Part shown: piece after piece, positions 15,340 through 22,819 of the stretch
Numbering within the stretch: the stretch's first letter is position 1
Layout of the letters: each line of letters begins with the position of its first letter
Notes under the pieces: generated by a model
Told to the model about the DNA's origin: nothing
Seen by the model: the letters and a program-made list of their open reading frames with translations, nothing else
The model's database searches: none
DNA from: Floccifex sp.
GTDB taxonomy: Bacteria > Bacillota_I > Bacilli_A > Erysipelotrichales > Erysipelotrichaceae
Assembly: GCF_051873555.1 (NCBI RefSeq)
Contig: NZ_JBJEEY010000157.1
Location: forward strand, 3,566-27,565
Direction of reading: 5' to 3'
DNA length: 24,000 nucleotides
Position numbers and translations under genes: made by a program

Positions 15340-16758
15340 TTATAGATCATCAAATGATAATTCATCTAAATTAATATCGTCTTCTTCACTTTCCTGGCTC
15401 ATTGCTTCTTGTTCGTCTTTCAAATATTGATTGTCCATAACTTTGATAAATGGCAAGTATACAAAGACACCTAAAATCAATAATACACCTTGGAAAATAG
15501 CTCCAACCCAGTTTGTTGCTAAGAATCCAGAAATAATAACTGGTGTTGTCCATGGGATGTTGATTCCATTACATGGTGGGAACAATCCTAATTTCATCGC
15601 AAAGTAAGATAAAATGATGTTCATTGTTGGTACAAGAATAAATGGAATAATAATTGTAGGGTTCAATACAATTGGTAATCCAAATACAATTGGTTCATTG
15701 ATTCCAAAAATACCAGGAACCAAAGACAATTTTGCTAATTCTTTAATTCGTTTTGATTTACAGAATAATAACATCGCAATCAATAAAGAAAGAGTTGATC
15801 CACATCCACCAAATGTCGCAAATAAATCCTGGAATTGTTGTGAAATAATATGCGCTCCATTGGCAACTGTATAAGAAGCAGCTCCAACTTCACGATATAA
15901 GTTTAAGTTTTCAAGTGCTAATGTTTGTAGAATTGGATTGAATACAGCTCCTACAACCGATCCACCATTGACTCCAAAGAACCAGAATAAATGTAAGAAA
16001 ATATAGGCAATAATCATAGCCCCTAATGTATCTCCCAATCCCAATAAAGGTGTTTGTAAGAATGTGAAGATAAATGTAAAGGCATCTGTTCCGCATGCAA
16101 CAAAGATTGTGTTAATCAAGAAGAATGCTGTCATTACTATTCCAGCTGGAATTAAGGCAGCAAAGGATTGTACAACTGTTGGAGGAACACCAGCTGGCAT
16201 TTTAATTGTCCATCCTTTTTTCTCAACCCATGCATAAATATGAACAGAAACCAGGGCACAAATGATTCCCACAAAGATTCCTTTGGCTCCTAGCCATCCT
16301 GTACTAATACCAGAAACGGTAGCTGTTGTTCCTTCTGCAAATTCAACGGCAGCTCCTGTTGAATCAAATAAAGCTTTAACGCCTCCTGTAAAACGATATG
16401 GCATTAAAATAAACCAGGACATGATACTTACAGCAGCTCCAAAGATTCCGCTTGTATTTAATTGCTTGGCAAAGGAGTATCCAATTCCCATTGTCGCAAA
16501 AATAGCCATAATTGCAAATGTCGCATCGGATTGTTTTTCCAATAAAGCGGCTAATGAAGTCGCACCAATTTGTACATTGGAAATAAAGTTTGTCCATGCT
16601 GGAATTGGAAAGTTTGCCAGCAATAAGAAAATAGATCCAACGATTAATAAAGGCGTTGAAACAAGGAAACCATCACGAATGGCTGTTAAATATTTATTGC
16701 GTCCAATTGCTTCAGCCATAGGCGTCATGGTTTTTTCTAATTTTTCCATTAAATTCAT
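15340..16758 (-). CDS. PTS lactose/cellobiose/chitobiose-family EIIC permease
   Basis: 472-aa polytopic protein. The N-terminus MEKLEKTMTPMAEAIGRNKYLTAIRDGF and GINEPIVFGLPIVLNP are typical of EIIC(lac/cel). It has an unusual acidic C-terminal tail. Confidence 0.93.
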   Translation of the reverse strand: MNLMEKLEKTMTPMAEAIGRNKYLTAIRDGFLVSTPLLIVGSIFLLLANFPIPAWTNFISNVQIGATSLAALLEKQSDATFAIMAIFATMGIGYSFAKQLNTSGIFGAAVSIMSWFILMPYRFTGGVKALFDSTGAAVEFAEGTTATVSGISTGWLGAKGIFVGIICALVSVHIYAWVEKKGWTIKMPAGVPPTVVQSFAALIPAGIVMTAFFLINTIFVACGTDAFTFIFTFLQTPLLGLGDTLGAMIIAYIFLHLFWFFGVNGGSVVGAVFNPILQTLALENLNLYREVGAASYTVANGAHIISQQFQDLFATFGGCGSTLSLLIAMLLFCKSKRIKELAKLSLVPGIFGINEPIVFGLPIVLNPTIIIPFILVPTMNIILSYFAMKLGLFPPCNGINIPWTTPVIISGFLATNWVGAIFQGVLLILGVFVYLPFIKVMDNQYLKDEQEAMSQESEEDDINLDELSFDDL

Positions 16759-16783
16759 AATTAACTTCTCCTAATACTTCTTA

Positions 16784-17107
16784 TTATTTTTTTGTCTGTT
16801 TCATCAACTTAATAGCTGATTTCAATACTTTTTCTCCTGCCATCATTCCATAATCTCCTGAATCAATGACAGCAATAGGAATTCCTGTAGAACCAAATTG
16901 TTCCACAGTTCCTTGATACATATATTTGACTTGTGGTCCTAATAAAATGCAGTCAGGGCGATCATGTTCAATGATTTCGGCTAATTTGTTGTGTGGATGT
17001 GCTTTTACTTCAATTGGTAAGTTATGTGCATTGGCGCAATCTTGCATCTTACTTGCCAACATACTTGTTGACATTCCAGCACTACAAAACAAATAAATCT
17101 TTTTCAT
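16784..17107 (-). CDS. PTS lactose/cellobiose-family EIIB
   Basis: 107 aa. MKKIYLFCSAGMSTSMLASKM carries the phospho-Cys in the canonical position. SD AAGGAGG. Confidence 0.92.
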   Translation of the reverse strand: MKKIYLFCSAGMSTSMLASKMQDCANAHNLPIEVKAHPHNKLAEIIEHDRPDCILLGPQVKYMYQGTVEQFGSTGIPIAVIDSGDYGMMAGEKVLKSAIKLMKQTKK

Positions 17108-17128
17108 ATATGTTCCTCCTTTAATTTC

Positions 17129-17183
17129 ATTATAAAAGTTTATTTTTTTTTAATTTGTCTTTGCCTTTCCTAGCCCTAGGAAA
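17129..17183 (-). promoter_or_regulatory. Internal promoter plus 18-bp palindromic operator in front of EIIB-EIIC-enzymes
   Basis: TTTCCTAGCCCTAGGAAA (17166-17183), 31 nt, TATAAT (complement of 17129-17134). There is no -35 (AAATTA). SD and ATG at 17107. Confidence 0.55.
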
Positions 17184-17187
17184 GAAA

Positions 17188-17505
17188 TTATTTCATTGAA
17201 TCCATTTTTTTATAACAATCAATCAATTCTTCTGCCATTAACTTAATTGTTTCTGCACTCATTAATTGATCTTCTGAATGAACCAATAATAAAGTTGTTT
17301 GAACTGGATTTCCAGAAGCTTCTTGTTGAATTAAAGACGCATGAGACGTATGTCCCTGTACATAATTTTGATCGCCTTCTTTGATTTTTTCTTTTGCTAA
17401 TTCAAAGTTGCCATTTTTTGCTTCACGAATGGCTTCGACGTAACAACTCTTTGCCAATCCAACATTTGAAATCAATTGAAAACACGCTAATTCTAAATTT
17501 TCCAT
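17188..17505 (-). CDS. PTS lactose/cellobiose-family EIIA
   Basis: 105 aa, helical. NYVQGHTSHASLIQQEASG contains the phospho-His context, followed by LLLVHSEDQLMSAE. Confidence 0.92.
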   Translation of the reverse strand: MENLELACFQLISNVGLAKSCYVEAIREAKNGNFELAKEKIKEGDQNYVQGHTSHASLIQQEASGNPVQTTLLLVHSEDQLMSAETIKLMAEELIDCYKKMDSMK

Positions 17506-17507
17506 TT

Positions 17508-18110
17508 TTATTCTCCTTTTATTAAAATCACTTTTGTATGTGCAATACGATCATGTATCATTCGATGACTATTTGAAAACATACAAATCGCTGCGCTTAT
17601 AATACTGATACTTAAACCTATTATCATCAAAATCCCTGTAAAATTTAAATTCATAACCAATGACAATAAATCATGCCACAAACTCGAAACATTATAAAAA
17701 GTTCCTTCTAATATCATGATGCCCAGTATTTGCCGAATCATTAAAGTTTTTAAATCAATTTCTTCATTATTTGTTTTTACTATTTTAAAATTCATCATTT
17801 TCTTTCCAAGTGTTTGTCCTTTATATACCTTATATGGAATCCATACATAATAAAAAACAGAAAAACAAATCGCAAGGCATCCTGCTAATACTGCACTTTC
17901 TTTAGAAATTTCACTTTGAATCATCCACAAATTTAAATGACCCATTTCCTCTAAATTATGTGTTTGCGACATCCAGATCAAACACATAGGAAACATCATA
18001 AACAAAGCTCCAACAAACCAGTCAATTAAATAGGCTGTAAATCTTTTGGATGTACTGACATCGCTTTTTGAATCATTTAGGCATAGTTTCAATTTAAAAA
18101 ATAAGTTCAT
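17508..18110 (-). CDS. RDD-family membrane protein
   Basis: 200 aa. RFTAYLIDWFVGALFMMFP (Arg/Asp of the RDD motif), three or more TM segments, and C-terminal MIHDRIAHTKVI, typical of RDD domains. Gaps of 3 nt and 2 nt separate it from the flanking genes. Confidence 0.75.
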   Translation of the reverse strand: MNLFFKLKLCLNDSKSDVSTSKRFTAYLIDWFVGALFMMFPMCLIWMSQTHNLEEMGHLNLWMIQSEISKESAVLAGCLAICFSVFYYVWIPYKVYKGQTLGKKMMNFKIVKTNNEEIDLKTLMIRQILGIMILEGTFYNVSSLWHDLLSLVMNLNFTGILMIIGLSISIISAAICMFSNSHRMIHDRIAHTKVILIKGE

Positions 18111-18113
18111 ATT

Positions 18114-20030
18114 TTATCCTTTCATGATTTGATTGATGAATTCTTCGTGTGTTTTCACATTTAATAAATGAGTCAATTTAGAAGAATTTGAAACAATCGT
18201 AGTCAACCAGTCAAAGAAAATACGCAACAAATCACGATCTACATCTTCAATTGCTAATAAAATAACAAGTCTGACACTGTAATCATGCCATTGCATTGCA
18301 TCTTTGAGAAGTACAATGGATATACAAGATTCAATTGCCGAGTGATTCAATGCATGTGGAAGCGCAAATCCATTGTAGAAAGAAGTAGAAGATATTTTTT
18401 CTCTTTGAAGAACACTATCTACAAATAATTCATCGACATATTCATTTTTAACGAGTTCATCGCAAATAAATCGAATTAAATTTTCAGGTGTTGAAGCTTC
18501 GACATTGGTAAAAAACAACTCTGGTTTAATGACATCTTTGATCATCGTTTCAAATTGTTTCTTATTTTTCTTTTTATCGAGTAAATTTAATGCCTGAAAA
18601 ATGTGACTTTCATCTTCGGTATCTACAAACAACGAAATTTGAATGGTTGGTATGTCTAATGCATGTTTTAAAGGTGAAGTCGTTAATATTAAATCTGGTT
18701 TTAAATCCAATACATCTTCTTCATTAAAAAAATTCGTTTGATCCACGATTTCCATTCTTTCTGAAAATCGTGTTTCAATTTTTTGAATGCATAAATTTGA
18801 AAGTGGTAAATCTCTAGGAAAAATCATGAGTACTTGATACTTATCTGAAAAATTATTTTTTTCATAAGAACTTCCTAGATGCAAAGCCATAAAACCAATT
18901 TCATTTTCTTTTACTTCAAGTCCTGTAATTTCTGTAAATGAACGACAAGCATAGATGCTCATATCAAATACAAGTGGATATTTTCTTTTGATTTCTTCTA
19001 AATATACATTCTGAATAGTAGAACCATATAAAATACGATGAACTAAAGAACGAATATGCAATCCCAAGCCATATTTCAAATCACTGTCTCTTCTTAAATC
19101 TACGTCATAGGCATCATAAATACTTTGTAAAATGGTATGAACAATATCACTGATTAAATATGTTTTTCCTAGAATATCAATTTGATTGGAAGTAAATTCT
19201 TCACTTTTCTTTCCCATCAACAATAAAGACAACAATTGTATTTCACTGATTTGGACTTTAATAAAGATACGATTGGCACATTTCTGATAAAATTCATTTG
19301 CGATTTTAAATTCCAGTGAATCCATTAAATTTACGTTATCTTTGGCAATCTGGCTCACATAATTTTGATGAATCATACGTTCAATCGAAACGCCAATATG
19401 CATCAATACCATTGGCATAGCCGTTTCTCGAATGTGATAGTCATACTTAACAAGCGTTTCATCTAAAATACTTTTTAATACTTTTAAATCAAAATCTTTA
19501 AATAAACCTGCAATATTATCCAAATTCAAGAAATTCCCTTTTGTTTCCTCTGCCAGCAAATCCTTATACAATTCTCTTTTACTGTTTTCAGGACCTTTTA
19601 ATGAAATAAAATTTTTAGAACGAATAATTTGTAAATCCTTATATTCACTAATAATTCTCTTCACTTTTTTTAAATCATTATCAATTGTATACCCACTAAT
19701 AAATACTTCATTCTGCAGATTCAATAAATTAATTTCCTTTTTATTCGTCAACAACTCTCGAATAATATAATTACATCTTTCTTTTGGCGTCTGTGGAATA
19801 CAAGATCTCAGTTCCAGTGAAAGAATGGAAACCGTATCTGGATTGATTCGATATCCGCTTTTTATACTCGATTCAATGACATTTTTATTATAAAATCGAT
19901 TAATCGCATCAATATCCGAACGAATCGTACGATCCGATACTTCCATCAAATGAGAAATTTCTTTTCCTGTTTTCCAATCTTGCGATTCATTTAACAGTTT
20001 TATGATTCTTTCTTGTCTTTCATTCAACAA
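18114..20030 (-). CDS. PRD-domain transcriptional activator (LicR/MtlR/ManR type; often auto-annotated as a BglG-family antiterminator)
   Basis: 638 aa. N-terminal HTH (ERQERIIKLLNESQDWKTGKEISHLMEVSDRTIRSDIDAINRF), two PRD-like regions with His (VLMHIGVSIERM, LGLHIRSLVHRI, FMALHLGSS), an EIIB-like segment and a C-terminal EIIA(Mtl/Fru)-like domain (NGFALPHALNHS). It starts with TTG, with SD AAGGAGGGAG 8 nt upstream. Confidence 0.9.
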   Translation of the reverse strand: MLNERQERIIKLLNESQDWKTGKEISHLMEVSDRTIRSDIDAINRFYNKNVIESSIKSGYRINPDTVSILSLELRSCIPQTPKERCNYIIRELLTNKKEINLLNLQNEVFISGYTIDNDLKKVKRIISEYKDLQIIRSKNFISLKGPENSKRELYKDLLAEETKGNFLNLDNIAGLFKDFDLKVLKSILDETLVKYDYHIRETAMPMVLMHIGVSIERMIHQNYVSQIAKDNVNLMDSLEFKIANEFYQKCANRIFIKVQISEIQLLSLLLMGKKSEEFTSNQIDILGKTYLISDIVHTILQSIYDAYDVDLRRDSDLKYGLGLHIRSLVHRILYGSTIQNVYLEEIKRKYPLVFDMSIYACRSFTEITGLEVKENEIGFMALHLGSSYEKNNFSDKYQVLMIFPRDLPLSNLCIQKIETRFSERMEIVDQTNFFNEEDVLDLKPDLILTTSPLKHALDIPTIQISLFVDTEDESHIFQALNLLDKKKNKKQFETMIKDVIKPELFFTNVEASTPENLIRFICDELVKNEYVDELFVDSVLQREKISSTSFYNGFALPHALNHSAIESCISIVLLKDAMQWHDYSVRLVILLAIEDVDRDLLRIFFDWLTTIVSNSSKLTHLLNVKTHEEFINQIMKG

Positions 20031-20054
20031 AATGTCTCCCTCCTTTTCAATTTG

Positions 20055-20145
20055 ATTATATAGAACAAAAAAAATAATTTATGTTTTTCATTTCCTAGTA
20101 TTAGGAAATCACATCTTATTTCTTTTTTTCTTTCATTTATATAAT
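20055..20145. promoter_or_regulatory. Divergent promoter region with a central 18-bp palindromic operator (PRD regulator operon / yitT-family gene)
   Basis: TTTCCTAGTATTAGGAAA (20091-20108). On the minus strand TATAAT lies at the complement of 20055-20060, 30 nt away. On the plus strand TATAAT lies at 20140-20145, 31 nt away. Confidence 0.55.
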
Positions 20146-20163
20146 GACATAGGTGATATATAT

Positions 20164-21045
20164 ATGAAACAAATACTAAAAAAGCTAACAAAAAACAAAC
20201 AAATTCGACTTCTTATTTCAATTATAATGATACTCTCTAGTTCTTTTTTACAAGTTGTTGTGATCAAAGTCTTTATGAACCCGTGTAACTTATTGACAAG
20301 TGGATTTACAGGTGTAGCAATTTTAATCAACAAAATTACGCAATTATTTGGCATTGAATTCTCCACATCTTTAGGAATTTTATTATTGAATATTCCAGCT
20401 GCTTTATTATGTTTTAAAGGCGTATCCAAACGATTTGTTTTCTTAAGCTGTTTACAATTTACAACTACTTCTCTTTTATTGAAAATTCTTGAATTCGATC
20501 CATTTTTTGACGATCGCATGTTAAATGTATTGTTTGGTGGATTCTTATATGGAATGTGCTCTGTATTGGCTTTAAAAGCCGATGGATCCACAGGTGGAAC
20601 CGATTTTATTGCGCTTTATGTATCCAATAAAATCAATCGCAGTATATGGGATTTTGTGTTTGTTTTTAACTGCACGATGCTCCTTATTTTTGGATGGCTC
20701 TTTGGATGGATTCACGCAGGATATTCTATTATATTCCAGTTGATTTCAACCCAGACCATTTCTCGTTTCTATCATCGCTATGCCCAGGTTTCCATTGAAA
20801 TCACAACACGATATCCAGAAACCATTGGATTGGCATTTACACGCAGTTTCAAACACGGTATGAGCATTGTTAAAGCTTATGGTGCATTTAGTAAACAAGA
20901 ATATTATTTATGTAAAACTGTAGTGAGTTCTTATGAAGAAAGTGATGTCATTCATATTATTCAAAGTGTCGATCCAGATGCGATTATTCATTCATATAAA
21001 ATCAATCACTTCTATGGTAATTTTTATTTAAAACCAATTGAATAA
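20164..21045 (+). CDS. YitT-family membrane protein (DUF161 repeats plus DUF2179)
   Basis: 293 aa. Pattern ...FMNPCNLLTSGFTGVAILINKITQLFGIEFSTSLGILLLNIPAALLCFKGVSKRF..., a second repeat with GSTGGTDFIALYV, and a soluble C-terminal domain. SD AGGTGA. Confidence 0.85.
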   Translation: MKQILKKLTKNKQIRLLISIIMILSSSFLQVVVIKVFMNPCNLLTSGFTGVAILINKITQLFGIEFSTSLGILLLNIPAALLCFKGVSKRFVFLSCLQFTTTSLLLKILEFDPFFDDRMLNVLFGGFLYGMCSVLALKADGSTGGTDFIALYVSNKINRSIWDFVFVFNCTMLLIFGWLFGWIHAGYSIIFQLISTQTISRFYHRYAQVSIEITTRYPETIGLAFTRSFKHGMSIVKAYGAFSKQEYYLCKTVVSSYEESDVIHIIQSVDPDAIIHSYKINHFYGNFYLKPIE

Positions 21046-21076
21046 AGCCAGCAAATAAGCTGGCTTTATATTTTTT
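21044..21076. terminator. Bidirectional intrinsic terminator between the yitT-family gene and the GNAT gene
   Basis: AAAGCCAGC (21044-21052), loop AAATAA, GCTGGCTTT (21059-21067), then ATATTTTTT. An A-rich left flank serves the minus strand. Confidence 0.8.
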
Positions 21077-21635
21077 CAATACAATGATGAATCGATTCAT
21101 CCCAATACTTTCTATAAACAAAATCACTTTGATCAAAATTAAGCTGATACATTCGAAACCAAACCAGAATATCTTTGGGTTGCCACTTTTCTTCATATGA
21201 ATAACAATACTTCATCCCAATTTTTTTCATGACATTTCCACTTCTTGGATTGTTTCTATCATGTGTTGCCGTAATAAAAGGCAATCCATCTTTTCTTATT
21301 TGTTCTATAACAGCCATTGCCGCTTCTGTAACAATGCCTTTATGCCAAAATTCTTTTCGTAATCCATATCCAAAATCATGAGATTCATTTAGATGTACTT
21401 GAACATAACCAATAGGAATATTATTTTCTTTCAAACAAATCGCAAATACATATCCATTTGATTTAGAAAATCTTTCTTCAAAAAAAGAATAAGTTTCTTC
21501 TAAATTTTTTACAGGAAACCAAGGTAAAAATGTATTCACTTCTTCATCTTTTAAAATCAAATAAAGTGCTTGTATATCTTGTTGTGTAAACTTTCGTAAA
21601 ATAAGGCGTTGTGTGAATAAAACAGGTGTATTCAT
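21066..21635 (-). CDS. GNAT-family N-acetyltransferase (RimJ/RimL-like)
   Basis: 189 aa. FTQRLILRKFTQQDIQALYLILKDEEVNTFLPW and HKGIVTEAAMAVIE are typical of this GNAT subgroup. It starts 10 nt after the MupG-family gene, with no obvious SD. Confidence 0.85.
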   Translation of the reverse strand: MNTPVLFTQRLILRKFTQQDIQALYLILKDEEVNTFLPWFPVKNLEETYSFFEERFSKSNGYVFAICLKENNIPIGYVQVHLNESHDFGYGLRKEFWHKGIVTEAAMAVIEQIRKDGLPFITATHDRNNPRSGNVMKKIGMKYCYSYEEKWQPKDILVWFRMYQLNFDQSDFVYRKYWDESIHHCIEKI

Positions 21636-21645
21636 TTAATTGTGG

Positions 21646-22740
21646 CTATTTCACAAATCCAAATAGATGATCATGGTGTTTTTCCATTTCATCGAGGATA
21701 ATGTGTTCTTCTTTTGGAATGGAACCAATTAAATTTCGATTTCCATCACATGGAATTGGCTTTAAAATCACTTCCAATTCCCCTCTATAACGAGCTAAAT
21801 TATCATTTACACAAACAACATCTCCGCGTTCAAAATATGTTTTATTGGGATTACGATATGGAATAGACTTATTTTTGTAGTCTAGTCTAGGCCAGGAAGA
21901 ACGAATGAAAAATTCACAATGATCAGGTCTTCCTGTGTGATTAAAATTATAAAGAAGATCAATTTCTTCTTGTGTTACATCTTCACATAAATCAATCGAT
22001 ACCGTTGTTTTGGTTAAATCAATCTTTGATACTTCTTCTAGTTCTTCTTGAGAAGCATAGGCATTTCCAAATAAAATATCATCAATTCTTTCTGTTGCGA
22101 TTAAATGACGCGCCTGAACACTAACAGGTAAATTTCGATGTTGTTCCAATGTACACAAGCCATCAAATACAGGCCAAGGTCCATATGTATTTTCGGATTG
22201 ACTATTAATAAAAGCAGCCGTTGTTAATCCTAATGCATTCCATGTTTCATTGTATTCATTAAAAATATCCATACACAATCCTGTATACGTTTCTGGATAG
22301 AAATTATGGCAAACACAAATATTATCAGGATCTCCTCCATGTTTGATCAAATCTCTAACATTGGCATCGCTGCTTCCATTGAATTCAATTTTAATTCCAT
22401 ATGGATTACGAGTTAAAAGAGTATCTAAGCGATCGTCAAAATGTCCATCCAATCGAATAATATCCACTCCCATTTCATGGAATATTGAAATATCTTCTGG
22501 AGTGGCTTCTAAATGATCAAACACAAATGGTGCAGTATCAGCTGCTACAATAAACCCTAATTCATGTGCTTTTGAAATGAATTGTTTAAATTCCTTTACA
22601 ATTTCATCTTTTGGCTTAGTAACAGACAACAAACAAGTAAAAATACGTGAATACCCATACTTGGCAGCTAATTCCATATACGCTGCATCTTTTTCAAAAG
22701 TAGAGTGTTCAGGATAAACTGAAATTCCTAGTCTATGCAT
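21646..22740 (-). CDS. MupG-family (DUF871) TIM-barrel protein, putative 6-phospho-glycosidase
   Basis: 364 aa. MHRLGISVYPEHS...YMELAAKYGYSRIFTCLLSV...GFIVAADTAPFVFDHL...GVDIIRLDGHF matches the DUF871/MupG family pattern. SD AAGAGG. Confidence 0.85.
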   Translation of the reverse strand: MHRLGISVYPEHSTFEKDAAYMELAAKYGYSRIFTCLLSVTKPKDEIVKEFKQFISKAHELGFIVAADTAPFVFDHLEATPEDISIFHEMGVDIIRLDGHFDDRLDTLLTRNPYGIKIEFNGSSDANVRDLIKHGGDPDNICVCHNFYPETYTGLCMDIFNEYNETWNALGLTTAAFINSQSENTYGPWPVFDGLCTLEQHRNLPVSVQARHLIATERIDDILFGNAYASQEELEEVSKIDLTKTTVSIDLCEDVTQEEIDLLYNFNHTGRPDHCEFFIRSSWPRLDYKNKSIPYRNPNKTYFERGDVVCVNDNLARYRGELEVILKPIPCDGNRNLIGSIPKEEHIILDEMEKHHDHLFGFVK

Positions 22741-22765
22741 AGTAATACCTCTTTTCTATATATTC

Positions 22766-22819
22766 ATTATAGATAGAGGAATTTTATATAAATTGAGACA
22801 ATTTCCTAGTCCTAGGAAA
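22766..22819 (-). promoter_or_regulatory. Promoter plus 18-bp palindromic operator in front of the MupG-family gene
   Basis: TTTCCTAGTCCTAGGAAA (22802-22819), 30 nt, TATAAT (complement of 22766-22771). There is no -35 (AATTTA). SD and ATG at 22740. Confidence 0.55.

Noticed and set aside
15614-16774. Four ORFs (15614-15874 +, 15911-16096 -, 16262-16774 +, 16376-16597 -) within the EIIC gene
   Set aside because: They are alternative-frame or antisense ORFs inside a clearly homologous 472-aa EIIC coding sequence.
20133-21196. Minus-strand ORFs 20133-20591 and 21002-21196
   Set aside because: The first is antisense to the yitT-family gene. The second is an alternative-frame ORF that overlaps the 3' end of the GNAT gene on the same strand and runs across the bidirectional terminator into the yitT-family 3' end. 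Neither has homology-like features.
17166-22819. The three TTTCCTAG..CTAGGAAA palindromes interpreted as intrinsic terminators or REP-like RNA hairpins
   Set aside because: The stems are only 7-8 bp with 2-4 nt loops, and none is followed by a U-tract on the transcribed (minus) strand. Copy 1 has no upstream gene on that strand. The constant 30-31 nt spacing to a TATAAT fits a DNA operator better.
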